From contig DATIIB010000006.1 in assembly GCA_035480055.1 (NCBI GenBank), positions 73,209-137,208 on the forward strand: a DNA stretch of 64,000 nt, in the 5' to 3' direction. This DNA comes from Candidatus Saccharimonadales bacterium. GTDB taxonomy: Bacteria; Patescibacteriota; Saccharimonadia; Saccharimonadales; DASZAF01. Shown here in pieces: positions 55,667 to 64,000 of this stretch. Each line of letters opens with the position of its first letter. Position 1 is the stretch's first letter. The notes under the pieces are model-generated. The model was not told where the DNA came from. It worked only from the letters and a program-made list of their open reading frames with translations, and made no database searches. The position numbers and the translations under genes are program-made.

Positions 55667-56344
55667 CTAGAATATCTTGCGCTTACGAAGATTTTTTAAG
55701 CCAGCTCGGGCTCGAGTACGGTTTTCTTTGTCCTTTAAAAGGTGGATGGCAGGTGGGGCAAGGGAGATGACGATAATAAAGCCGATGATTGGCAGCACGT
55801 AGTGGTCAATGTTTGGAACTTTTGTCCCCAAGATATAGCCCAAGTAGGTCATGCTGGCGGTCCACAAAAAGCCGCCCACAAAGTTGAAGGCCACAAATTT
55901 GCGATACTTCATACGACCGACGCCAGCGACAATTGGCGCAAAGGCGCGAACCATTGGAACAAATCGAGCAAGGATGATCGTCTTGCCACCATGTCGTTCG
56001 TAAAAGGCTTCGGCACGGCGGATATTCTCGGGGTGAAACAGCAACGACTCTTCCCTTCTGAAGATGCGTTTACCAACACGCCGACCAAACGCGTACCCAA
56101 CGCTATCGCCAAAGACAGCTGACAAAAAGAGTAGGATCACCAGTACATGAATGTTCACATTAAGGAGATGCTGGCTGGCCAAAATGCCGGCAGTAAATAA
56201 CAAGCTGTCCCCAGGGAATAAAAATCCGACCAAAAGTCCGGACTCAGCAAAAATAATAGCCATGACACCAATAAGGCCAATGGCTTTGATCACATCTGTA
56301 AGATCAAATCCGAAAGTCATCCCTCGTATTGTAGCACGGATCAT
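55667..56344 (-). CDS. DedA family (VTT domain) membrane protein
   Basis: The segments FAESGLLVGFLFPGDSLLFTAG and ARFVPMVRAFAPIVAG are present. Confidence 0.85.
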   Translation of the reverse strand: MIRATIRGMTFGFDLTDVIKAIGLIGVMAIIFAESGLLVGFLFPGDSLLFTAGILASQHLLNVNIHVLVILLFLSAVFGDSVGYAFGRRVGKRIFRREESLLFHPENIRRAEAFYERHGGKTIILARFVPMVRAFAPIVAGVGRMKYRKFVAFNFVGGFLWTASMTYLGYILGTKVPNIDHYVLPIIGFIIVISLAPPAIHLLKDKENRTRARAGLKNLRKRKIF

Positions 56345-56391
56345 TCCAGAGGTCTGGTATAATTAAGTCACACAGTTCGTAAGGAGGATTC

Positions 56392-57084
56392 ATGCAAGAG
56401 ACGACTATACTGACACTTGAAGAACGCACCGCCACCGGCAGCCGGGCAGCGAGAAAGATGCGCACCAATGGCTTTGTCCCTGCAGTTGTCTATGGTCACA
56501 ACCTTGACTCCCAGACATTACAGGCGCCGTATACCGACATCGCCAAAGCCTACCACAAAGTGGGCAAACACAGTCCAATCGAGCTGCACATTGGCGACAA
56601 AAAGCGCTTGGCCATGGTCAAACGCGTCGACATTGAGCCGGTGAAGCGCAAGCTGCAGCACATTGCCTTTTACATCGTCAAACAAAACGAGAAGGTACAG
56701 ACCGAGGTTTCGATTCATCTGATCGGTGAGGGCGAAAGTGCAGCCGAAAAGGCGGGCCTCGTCTTAATTAAAAACGTTGATACTGTGCAGATCGAAGCCT
56801 TTCCGCGTGACCTGCCAGAATTTCTTGAACTTTCGATTGTCGATCTCACCGATGCGGGCGACCACCGTACGGTTGGCGATATTGTGGCACCTGAGGGTGT
56901 GACGATCTTGAGCGATACCGCGCAGCAGATCGTCTCGGCGGTTGAGCCAGCTGCACTTGCCGCTGCCAACGACGCTGCCGGTGGTGACGCAGAAGACGAA
57001 TCTGAAGTGGCTGCTGAGCATGGCGCTGAAGAAGGTGAAGAATCAAGCGAGAAAACTGAAGGCGAAGCAGCCAAGAAGGACTAG
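56392..57084 (+). CDS. rplY: 50S ribosomal protein L25 / general stress protein Ctc
   Basis: The segment RKMRTNGFVPAVVYGH is present and the C-terminal tail is acidic. Canonical AAGGAGG lies 5 nt upstream, and TGGTATAAT lies at 56355-56363. Confidence 0.9.
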   Translation: MQETTILTLEERTATGSRAARKMRTNGFVPAVVYGHNLDSQTLQAPYTDIAKAYHKVGKHSPIELHIGDKKRLAMVKRVDIEPVKRKLQHIAFYIVKQNEKVQTEVSIHLIGEGESAAEKAGLVLIKNVDTVQIEAFPRDLPEFLELSIVDLTDAGDHRTVGDIVAPEGVTILSDTAQQIVSAVEPAALAAANDAAGGDAEDESEVAAEHGAEEGEESSEKTEGEAAKKD

Positions 57085-57085
57085 C

Positions 57086-58870
57086 TTACTCTTCGATAAA
57101 CCCACCAGACTGGTGAGTCCACAGTTCTGCATATACGCCCTTCTTTTTGAGAAGGGCTTTGTGCGTGCCTTGCTCCACAATCTGGCCATTCTCGAGCACC
57201 AGAATGCGATCCATCTTTTGCACAGTGCTCAGGCGGTGGGCAATGACAATTGCGGTGCGGCCTTTCATTAATTCCCACAACGCGGCTTGGATGAGCTTTT
57301 CGCTTTCGCTGTCCAAGGCGCTGGTCGCTTCGTCTAACAGGAGAATAGGCGCGTCTTTTAGGATAGCCCGGGCAATCGCAATCCGCTGCCGTTGTCCGCC
57401 ACTCAATTTGACACCTCGTTCGCCAACGAGCGTCTTGTAGCCTAAGGGAAGTTTATTGATAAACTCTGTCGCATGCGCTTTGCGCGCGGCGGCCTCAACT
57501 TCTTCGTCAGTTGCTTCGGGCCGACCGTAGGCAATGTTTTCGCGAAGTGTTCGGTGAAAGAGTAGTGGTTCTTGCGGCACATACGCAATGCGCGCACGCA
57601 GATCGTCCTGGCGAATATGCGCAATGTTCTGACCATCAACACAAATCTGGCCTTGGTTAATGTCTGCAAAACGGAGCAGCAAACGGGTTAAGGTAGTTTT
57701 GCCCGATCCAGAATGCCCAACCAGCCCGACTTTTTCGCCCGGAGCGATCGTAAGGTCGAAGTTGGTAAAAAGAGTGTTCTCTTTGTGGGCGTCGGCATGC
57801 CGGAAAGTCATATTTTGGAACGCGATGGCCCCCTCGGTAATCTGGACCTTTTCGGGAGTAGCGGGATCTTTGACGCCAAGTGGGGTATTAAGGATCTCGG
57901 TCATCTCTATGGCGTCAGAGAGATGCTGCTCCGCTGTGCGCGTAATGCTCCCCAAATTCCAAAGGGCGCCCATGAGTTGCGCGAGGTACACCTGAATCAT
58001 CAGGAGTGTCCCGAGCTGGATCCGCCGACTCATCAAGGCATAAATGGAAAGTACCAATACAATAAATTGAATCAAGATCATCATGACGGCAATAATTCGT
58101 CCGTTTTTGATGCCTCTGGTCCAGGCTGCCAGCTTCTTACGGCCGCGATCGCGTGACTTATCGGTGTAGGTAGCCTGCTCGTGCTTCTCTGCGGCAAACG
58201 ACTTAATCACCCCCAGATTACCCATGGCATCCGCCAAGTAGCCGGTGAGCACGCTATCGGCTTCAGCCGCGGTCTTGGAAAGGTGGATGCGTTTTTTGGT
58301 AAGGTAGACGTTCAAACAGACATAGACAATTGCCCACAGAAACATGGCGAGCGCAATGGTTGGCGCAAAGAAGGCGATGATGGCGATCGCAATAACAGAT
58401 TTCACCAAAAGATTCATAAAGCTGATAGTGAAGACATCGCTGAGACCGACATACGCATTAGTAAAGCGGTTTGCTTGGTTGACGAGTGAACCGCTGAAGT
58501 TGTTATTGTGAAAATCCATACTGTGCAACAACAATTTGGTAAAGACTTGGCGTTCAAGATGTTGTCTTCCAGAAGTTTGCAGCCGAGACATAATCAGCAG
58601 CGCGCATGAAGTAATTAGTTGCCCCAGAAGCCCTGTGGCCAAAAACAGCACCAAATAGGGCGTAAAGTAGTGCCAATAGTTGGCGGTGACGCCGTGGTTA
58701 TAGAGTTTGACGAGCTTGTTGATCGCTTGCGAACCGATCAAGGGCAGCATCAAATCCTGCAATATGACGCCGAGTGGCCACAGCGTAAATACGCCGAGGA
58801 GTTGCTTAGGATGTCGCCGACTTTCGCGAACATAAATAGACAAAGTCTGCCAATGTGTTGACATACGCAC
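57086..58870 (-). CDS. ABC transporter permease/ATP-binding protein (type I exporter, MsbA-like)
   Basis: The N-terminal half is a 6-TM domain. Walker A is GHSGSGKTT, the signature is LSGGQRQRIAIARA and Walker B is LLLDEATSALD. Confidence 0.9.
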   Translation of the reverse strand: MRMSTHWQTLSIYVRESRRHPKQLLGVFTLWPLGVILQDLMLPLIGSQAINKLVKLYNHGVTANYWHYFTPYLVLFLATGLLGQLITSCALLIMSRLQTSGRQHLERQVFTKLLLHSMDFHNNNFSGSLVNQANRFTNAYVGLSDVFTISFMNLLVKSVIAIAIIAFFAPTIALAMFLWAIVYVCLNVYLTKKRIHLSKTAAEADSVLTGYLADAMGNLGVIKSFAAEKHEQATYTDKSRDRGRKKLAAWTRGIKNGRIIAVMMILIQFIVLVLSIYALMSRRIQLGTLLMIQVYLAQLMGALWNLGSITRTAEQHLSDAIEMTEILNTPLGVKDPATPEKVQITEGAIAFQNMTFRHADAHKENTLFTNFDLTIAPGEKVGLVGHSGSGKTTLTRLLLRFADINQGQICVDGQNIAHIRQDDLRARIAYVPQEPLLFHRTLRENIAYGRPEATDEEVEAAARKAHATEFINKLPLGYKTLVGERGVKLSGGQRQRIAIARAILKDAPILLLDEATSALDSESEKLIQAALWELMKGRTAIVIAHRLSTVQKMDRILVLENGQIVEQGTHKALLKKKGVYAELWTHQSGGFIEE

Positions 58871-59002
58871 CTTTACTTTTTTAGAAAATTGTTTGTTTAC
58901 AGCGGATAGCCACCTCGACTATCGTGCTCTCCATCAGCGGGCCTTTATGGCCATAATTTTTTGATTATACTACCTGTCCATCTGTAAAAACAAGCTGTTT
59001 TT

Positions 59003-59011
59003 TGGTATAAT
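59003..59011 (+). promoter_or_regulatory. extended -10 promoter TGGTATAAT for trhO
   Basis: TATAAT lies at 59006-59011. ATG 59022 follows 10 nt later with no SD. Confidence 0.55.
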
Positions 59012-59021
59012 CCTGTTGTTT

Positions 59022-59909
59022 ATGCAGAAAATCATCATTTATTACAAATTTGCACCCCTCAGTGATCCCGAGGCTATTAAGCTGTGGCAAAAAGCACTGG
59101 CCGAGAATTTACAGTTGCGTGGCCGAGTACTCATCTCGCAGCATGGCATCAATGGTACACTCGGCGGCGACATGGAAGCGCTGAAGGCGTACATCAAGGC
59201 CACCAAACAGTACGAGCTTTTTAAAGGGACCGTTTTTAAATGGAGCGATGGGACAGGCGATGATTTCCCCAAGCTGAGCATTAAGGTTCGCGATGAGATC
59301 GTGAGCTTTGGTGCACCTGGTGAATTAGAAGTGGACGAAGGCGGGGTGATTGGCGGCGGCAAGCACCTGAAACCCGAAGAAGTGCAGCAACTCGTTGCAG
59401 AACGCGGTGAGGACGTTATCTTTTTTGATGGTCGCAATGCGTACGAAGCAGCCATCGGCAAGTTCAAAAACGCGGTCGTTCCCGACACACGAACCACCAA
59501 GGATTTTGTCAAAGAACTCGAAAGCGGCAAGTATAACGACATTAAGGATAAACCCGTGGTTACCTATTGCACCGCTGGCGTGCGCTGTGAAGTATTGAGC
59601 GCGCTGATGAAAAAGCGCGGCTTTAGCGAGGTCTACCAAATGGATGGTGGTATCGTAAAGTACGGCGAAAAATACAAAGATGAAGGATTGTGGGAAGGGT
59701 CGCTTTACGTGTTTGATGGGCGGATGAAGCTCGAGTTTTCGGAAAACGCCACCACGATTGGTGAGTGCATTCACTGTCAGAATAGCACCAGCAACTACGA
59801 GAACTGTGCGCTCAAAAGCTGCAACAACCTAGTGCTCATCTGCGAAGAGTGCCGGACAGATAACGACACTTGCACCGCTGCTTGTGCGGCGCAACTTGCA
59901 AGCGTGTAG
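59022..59909 (+). CDS. trhO: rhodanese-domain tRNA uridine(34) hydroxylase TrhO (YceA/UPF0176)
   Basis: The N-terminus is [13 protein letters not shown]...[18 protein letters not shown]. The rhodanese active-site loop is YCTAGVRCE. The C-terminus is Cys-rich. Confidence 0.85.
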   Translation: MQKIIIYYKFAPLSDPEAIKLWQKALAENLQLRGRVLISQHGINGTLGGDMEALKAYIKATKQYELFKGTVFKWSDGTGDDFPKLSIKVRDEIVSFGAPGELEVDEGGVIGGGKHLKPEEVQQLVAERGEDVIFFDGRNAYEAAIGKFKNAVVPDTRTTKDFVKELESGKYNDIKDKPVVTYCTAGVRCEVLSALMKKRGFSEVYQMDGGIVKYGEKYKDEGLWEGSLYVFDGRMKLEFSENATTIGECIHCQNSTSNYENCALKSCNNLVLICEECRTDNDTCTAACAAQLASV

Positions 59910-59921
59910 AGCCTATACCGG

Positions 59922-60710
59922 CTATGCGTCTGGGCAGAGCAAACTGACTTCAGTAGCAAGGCGCACCATCTCGCCTTCGGTCAATTCTAGCGATTCCAAA
60001 CTGAGAAGATAGCCGTAGAAGAAGCTCTCTTTTTCGCGCTCGTCTGGTTCAAGCATCTCAACCAGACCAATCATTACGCCCGCATCGAGATCGGAAAGCG
60101 CTCCGATCTCTCTATTTTGGACAAGGACATCTTTGGCCATATCGACTACGATTATGTCATGATAGCCCCTGGCGGCCAATGCTCGGACGTAGTGACTGGC
60201 GCCAAAGATGTACTCCGTTTCTTGACCAGAATCCACAAGCCTACTCCTCGCTTCCTCCAATCCAAGAAAGAGATTATCCGAAGCCTCATGGTTAGATGCA
60301 TCGCCGCTCAGACGACCCATAATTGCTTCGCTGTATTCCTGCAAACCACGGGTCATAAAGGAGTAGCCTGCTTTTTGAGGACTTCGAGGTTGGCCCGGCA
60401 GAACTTTTTGCAGCATCACGTCGCCTTGAGCAGGAACGATACGGAGCATGTTTACTCCCCAAGCTTTTTCTGCCTCACTGCCATCGGTGTGCTGCAAAAA
60501 AGCTTCAAGTGCGCCCCGCATCACTGCCAGGTGCGCTTCGGCTTGCTCTTGAAAAGGAGCCAGCGTGTTTTGATCGAGCTGCCTAAAGAGATCACTGAAT
60601 GTTTCATCGCCCGGCGTCACGCCCTCGGAAATTTTCTCCAGAATCTGTGTGGCGAGCGCCGTTGGTGATGCAGTAAGATTTTCTCCAGATGAAGTATCTA
60701 ATTCAGCCAT
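59922..60710 (-). CDS. hypothetical protein
   Basis: 262-aa ORF with coding-like composition. No motif was recognised. Confidence 0.55.
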   Translation of the reverse strand: MAELDTSSGENLTASPTALATQILEKISEGVTPGDETFSDLFRQLDQNTLAPFQEQAEAHLAVMRGALEAFLQHTDGSEAEKAWGVNMLRIVPAQGDVMLQKVLPGQPRSPQKAGYSFMTRGLQEYSEAIMGRLSGDASNHEASDNLFLGLEEARSRLVDSGQETEYIFGASHYVRALAARGYHDIIVVDMAKDVLVQNREIGALSDLDAGVMIGLVEMLEPDEREKESFFYGYLLSLESLELTEGEMVRLATEVSLLCPDA

Positions 60711-60793
60711 AGGTACCTTTCTTAATTTTCATATTGTACCCTGGTCTTTCGCTGCCGCCAATCGGATCTGTAAAATAGTTTATAATTATCTCT

Positions 60794-62275
60794 ATGACCG
60801 ATGCGGTGACCAAAAAATTAAAAGAATTGCCCACCTCGGCAGGTGTCTATTTTCATAAATCAGCAGCTGGCGAGATTATTTATGTGGGCAAGGCCGCGGT
60901 ACTGCGGAACCGAGTCCGGCAATACTTTCAGAAAACGCGTGAGCTAGATGCAAAAACCCAAGCGTTGGTGGCCGAGATTGCGGATATTGACTGGATTACG
61001 GTAGAGTCGGAGATCGATGCGCTCTTTTTGGAGAGTGAAATGATCAAGCGCTATAAGCCACGATATAACATACTGCTTCGCGACGACAAAAGCCAGATTT
61101 TTGTGCGCTTGAATATGCGTGATCCTTATCCCTACCTCAGTTTTACGCACCAACCGATGGACGATGGAGCAGAATATTTTGGGCCATACTATAACGGCTG
61201 GGCGGTTAAAAAAGCGTTGCGATATTTGCGCCGAGTGTTTCCGTATTCCACGCATGTGACTATGCCGCGGCGCGTCTGTTTGCAGTACCATTTGGGGTTA
61301 TGTCCTGGGGTAGAGGAGCAAAAAGTTTCATCAGCAGAATACAAAAAGACGCTACGTAAACTGATTATGTATCTGAGGGGTGAGCGTGTGCAGTTGATTA
61401 CCCAGCTTGAGAGCGAAATGAAAACAGCCGCCAAAGCGCACCAGTACGAGCTGGCAGCGTCGCTCCGCAACCAGATATATAATTTGCGACAATTGAGCAA
61501 GCAAATTATATTTGGCGATCGCGAATTTATGGATGTAAGCAAAGACAAGGCCTTGAGCGGGCTCAAAGAATTGTTGGGTCTACCCGCAGTGCCGCGGCGA
61601 ATCGAAGGCTATGATATTAGTCACATGCAAGGCACCAATAATGTGGCCAGTATGGTGGTGGCGACGAATGGCATTGCCGACAAAGCACAGTACCGCAAGT
61701 TTAAAATGCAGATTCCTGGCAACAACGACTTTGCGCACATGCACGAAGTGATTTCGCGTCGCTTCAGTGGCAAACATACCGATTGGCCAACTCCAGCACT
61801 CCTGTTAATTGACGGCGGGAAGGGTCAGCTGCAGGCGGCCTTGGCGGCGCTGCACGAGCAAGGGCAAGCGATTCCGGCCATTGGTCTGGCGAAGCGCCTG
61901 GAAGAGATTGTGATTGCCAAAGATTCTGCCATTCGCTTAAAGCCCGGCGTGTATCCAGAAGCGTATATTACCGAGAATGAAGAGTTTTATGTGGTGCTTT
62001 TGCCCAAAGACTCGCATATTGTGAAGTTGCTGCAACGTATTCGGGATGAATCGCATCGCTTTGCGGTGAGCTATCACACCCACCTGAAGCGCAAAGGTCA
62101 GACAGCCAGTGAACTTGACGATATTCCAGGCGTGGGGCCAGCCACTCGTCGTAAACTCATCACTTCTTTTGGAAGTTTGCGGGGAGTAAAAGCGGCGCAA
62201 TTACCTCAGTTAGAATCAGTACTCGGTGCTGCTAAGGCCACGCTCATTTGGCAGCAACTTCATAAGGATGCCTGA
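60794..62275 (+). CDS. uvrC: excinuclease ABC subunit UvrC (short form)
   Basis: The GIY-YIG motif is GVYFHKSAAGEIIYVGKA. The UVR-like segment is AAKAHQYELAASLRNQI. The C-terminal HhH is IPGVGPATRRKLITSFGS. TATAAT ends 7 nt before the ATG. Confidence 0.9.
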   Translation: MTDAVTKKLKELPTSAGVYFHKSAAGEIIYVGKAAVLRNRVRQYFQKTRELDAKTQALVAEIADIDWITVESEIDALFLESEMIKRYKPRYNILLRDDKSQIFVRLNMRDPYPYLSFTHQPMDDGAEYFGPYYNGWAVKKALRYLRRVFPYSTHVTMPRRVCLQYHLGLCPGVEEQKVSSAEYKKTLRKLIMYLRGERVQLITQLESEMKTAAKAHQYELAASLRNQIYNLRQLSKQIIFGDREFMDVSKDKALSGLKELLGLPAVPRRIEGYDISHMQGTNNVASMVVATNGIADKAQYRKFKMQIPGNNDFAHMHEVISRRFSGKHTDWPTPALLLIDGGKGQLQAALAALHEQGQAIPAIGLAKRLEEIVIAKDSAIRLKPGVYPEAYITENEEFYVVLLPKDSHIVKLLQRIRDESHRFAVSYHTHLKRKGQTASELDDIPGVGPATRRKLITSFGSLRGVKAAQLPQLESVLGAAKATLIWQQLHKDA

Positions 62276-62302
62276 GGTAAAAAATGATATACTGTGTGTG
62301 CA

Positions 62303-62674
62303 ATGAATGTTCGACAACAGTTTATATATTTTGTCCTGCGCTGGATTTTGAATAGTTTGGGTCTGTGGGTTGCGGTGCGATTGATTGGTTCAATCGATTA
62401 CGACGGTGATTTGTCGGTTATTTTAATTGCAGGGCTTATCTTATCGGTGATTAATGTCATCCTCAAGCCAATCCTCGTGATTCTTTCGCTGCCCTTTATC
62501 CTTATTACGCTCGGCCTCTTTATGGTCGTGGTAAATGGCATAATGGTGTACGTGGCAGCGGCATTGTCGCCTGGACTCTCGATGGGCTTTGGCAGCGCAA
62601 TACTTGCCGGACTGATCATTGGCCTGATAAACTATACATTGACACACATTCTAGATTTAAAGAGAAATTACTGA
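62303..62674 (+). CDS. phage-holin-4_2-like (YvlD-type) small membrane protein
   Basis: There are four hydrophobic segments. The pattern is NSLGLWVAVRLI...ILKPILVILSLPFILITLGLF. ATG 62303 lies 9 nt after TGATATACT. Confidence 0.65.
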   Translation: MNVRQQFIYFVLRWILNSLGLWVAVRLIGSIDYDGDLSVILIAGLILSVINVILKPILVILSLPFILITLGLFMVVVNGIMVYVAAALSPGLSMGFGSAILAGLIIGLINYTLTHILDLKRNY

Positions 62675-62676
62675 TT

Positions 62677-62895
62677 ATGCAACTTGCCCTCAAATTTATT
62701 ACTATTGGTTCTGCCGCACTTATGATCCTTTTGATTCTGGTGCAACAACGCGGCGCTTCGCTTGGTGCTGGCTTTGGTGCAAGTAGCGAGCTGTACACTA
62801 CCCGCCGCGGTACGGACAAAACCCTGCATGAGATTACCGTGATTGTTGCCGTCATCTTTGTTGTCTCGTTGGTAGTGGGCCTTGTCCGAGGCTGA
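62677..62895 (+). CDS. secG: preprotein translocase subunit SecG
   Basis: 72 aa with two TM segments and the central segment LVQQRGASLGAGFGAS. Confidence 0.85.
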   Translation: MQLALKFITIGSAALMILLILVQQRGASLGAGFGASSELYTTRRGTDKTLHEITVIVAVIFVVSLVVGLVRG

Positions 62896-62906
62896 TCTCA
62901 GGACGT

Positions 62907-64000
62907 ATGAATCTCTCATTTAAAAAACCAAAAATTCCCGACAATCCCTCTGAGACGATTAAAGATCGCCTTGAAGAGATCGAACAAGCGACAGTCTCAC
63001 ATGCGCAAAAGTATTTGGTGCGCCGTTGGGCTAACTTTCGTGATGTTGGCCAAAAAGCCCTCATCTGGCTGATTGTGGTGATGGCTATCTCGATTGGGGT
63101 TATCCAACAGACCAAAGCGCTAGACGGTTTTTATAAAGTGAGTATTCCAGCAGTTGGCGGCGTATATAGCGAAGGTGTAGTGGGCCGAGCGGAAAACTTT
63201 AATCCCATGTTTGCCAGTTCCGAAGCTGAAGCAACCGTTTCGCATCTACTATTTAGTGGGCTGCTGAAGTACGATGCCAGCAACAACCTCACCGGCGATT
63301 TGGCCTCTGGGTGGAACGCGGATGAGACTGGCAAGGTATATACCGTGACACTGCGGGCCGACGCCCGTTGGCAAGATGGCACTCCGGTTCGCAGCGACGA
63401 TGTGGTCTACACAGTTCACACCATTCAAGATCCGGCAACTCGCTCGCCGCTGGAAAGCAGTTGGCGGGGGGTGAGTGTTCAGGCGCTTGACCCAACAACC
63501 GTACGGTTTACGCTTCCTTCGCCGTTCCCGCCGTTCCCGTATTCGCTGACTTTGGGCATTATTCCGCAACATATTCTGGGTGATACGCCGGCATATCAGC
63601 TGCGCACTTCGAGCTTCAACCTTCAACCCACAGTTGGGGATGGACCGTTCAGCTTTCAAGAGGCGCGCGCTTTTCAGAATCACGAAGAAGTTAAACTGGT
63701 GCGCAATCCTGGCTTTTACGGCGGCCAAGCCAAGCCGGATCGCTTTGTCGTGGAGGCATATCAAAATTACGACGACATGGTTGATGCCTTTCGCAATCAC
63801 GAGATCTCGGCGGCTGGCGGATTACGCCCGGCTGAGCTGACCAGCTTGAAAGCCCAAGGAGTGCAGCGGTTTAACGCACCATTGCAGCATGCGACCTTCG
63901 CGTTCTTTAAGACATCACAGATTGAACTACAAGACATTCACGTTCGCCAAGCGCTGACGCTTGCCACAGACAAGACTACGTTACTTAAAAAACTCGATAA
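62907..64000 (+). CDS. ABC transporter substrate-binding protein, family 5 (peptide/nickel type), N-terminal part; runs off the right edge
   Basis: The frame is open from ATG 62907 to the window end (missing from the ORF track because no stop lies in the window). The protein has a TM/signal anchor and the segments VYSEGVVGRAENFNPMF and WQDGTPVRSDDVVYT. Confidence 0.75.
   Translation, partial: MNLSFKKPKIPDNPSETIKDRLEEIEQATVSHAQKYLVRRWANFRDVGQKALIWLIVVMAISIGVIQQTKALDGFYKVSIPAVGGVYSEGVVGRAENFNPMFASSEAEATVSHLLFSGLLKYDASNNLTGDLASGWNADETGKVYTVTLRADARWQDGTPVRSDDVVYTVHTIQDPATRSPLESSWRGVSVQALDPTTVRFTLPSPFPPFPYSLTLGIIPQHILGDTPAYQLRTSSFNLQPTVGDGPFSFQEARAFQNHEEVKLVRNPGFYGGQAKPDRFVVEAYQNYDDMVDAFRNHEISAAGGLRPAELTSLKAQGVQRFNAPLQHATFAFFKTSQIELQDIHVRQALTLATDKTTLLKKLD

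Overview
The window is a densely packed bacterial chromosome segment at roughly 50% GC (judged by eye), with about 69 protein genes. I recognised no rRNA, tRNA, CRISPR array, transposase or integrase. Positions 1-18,900 form an accessory-looking block. It holds a Fic protein, two VOC/glyoxalase proteins, three alpha/beta hydrolases including a haloalkane dehalogenase, an MFS efflux pump and a VKOR protein. It also holds an AlkZ-like glycosylase, two Ppx/GppA-like proteins, and AraC, 2x MarR, Crp, TrmB-like and ECF-sigma regulators. Positions 18,900-64,000 are housekeeping backbone. The genes there are pyk-pgk-tpiA, pcrA, rsmA, metG, tatD, a cysteine desulfurase, mnmA, alaS, ftsA, ruvX, mltG, obg, sbcB, pheA, uvrA, rplY, trhO, uvrC and secG, plus the start of an ABC substrate-binding protein. 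Minimal synthetases, Gram-positive-type wall enzymes and extreme compaction suggest a small-genome lineage, possibly Patescibacteria/Saccharibacteria. That placement is inference only.

The most interesting items are:
- A divergent pair of nucleoside-2-deoxyribosyltransferase (NDT)-like proteins. One is fused to a ribbon-helix-helix domain, and an 11-bp tandem repeat sits between them (54.4-55.7 kb).
- A Ppx/GppA-like::NDT-like fusion followed by a dNMP-kinase-like P-loop protein (6.0-8.0 kb).
- Two unusually long non-coding regions. One has collinear RNase P RNA motifs (about 43.96-44.31 kb). The other is an unassigned C-rich/G-rich region upstream of ftsA (38.56-38.97 kb).
- Many genes whose start codon lies 6-11 nt after a TATAAT box, implying leaderless mRNAs.
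- A 24-codon leaderless uORF upstream of metG.
- A small RHH-like plus membrane-protein pair in an AT-rich patch (43.37-43.89 kb).
- A membrane protein translationally coupled to ftsA.

All functional calls come from reading motifs by eye. No database search was run.
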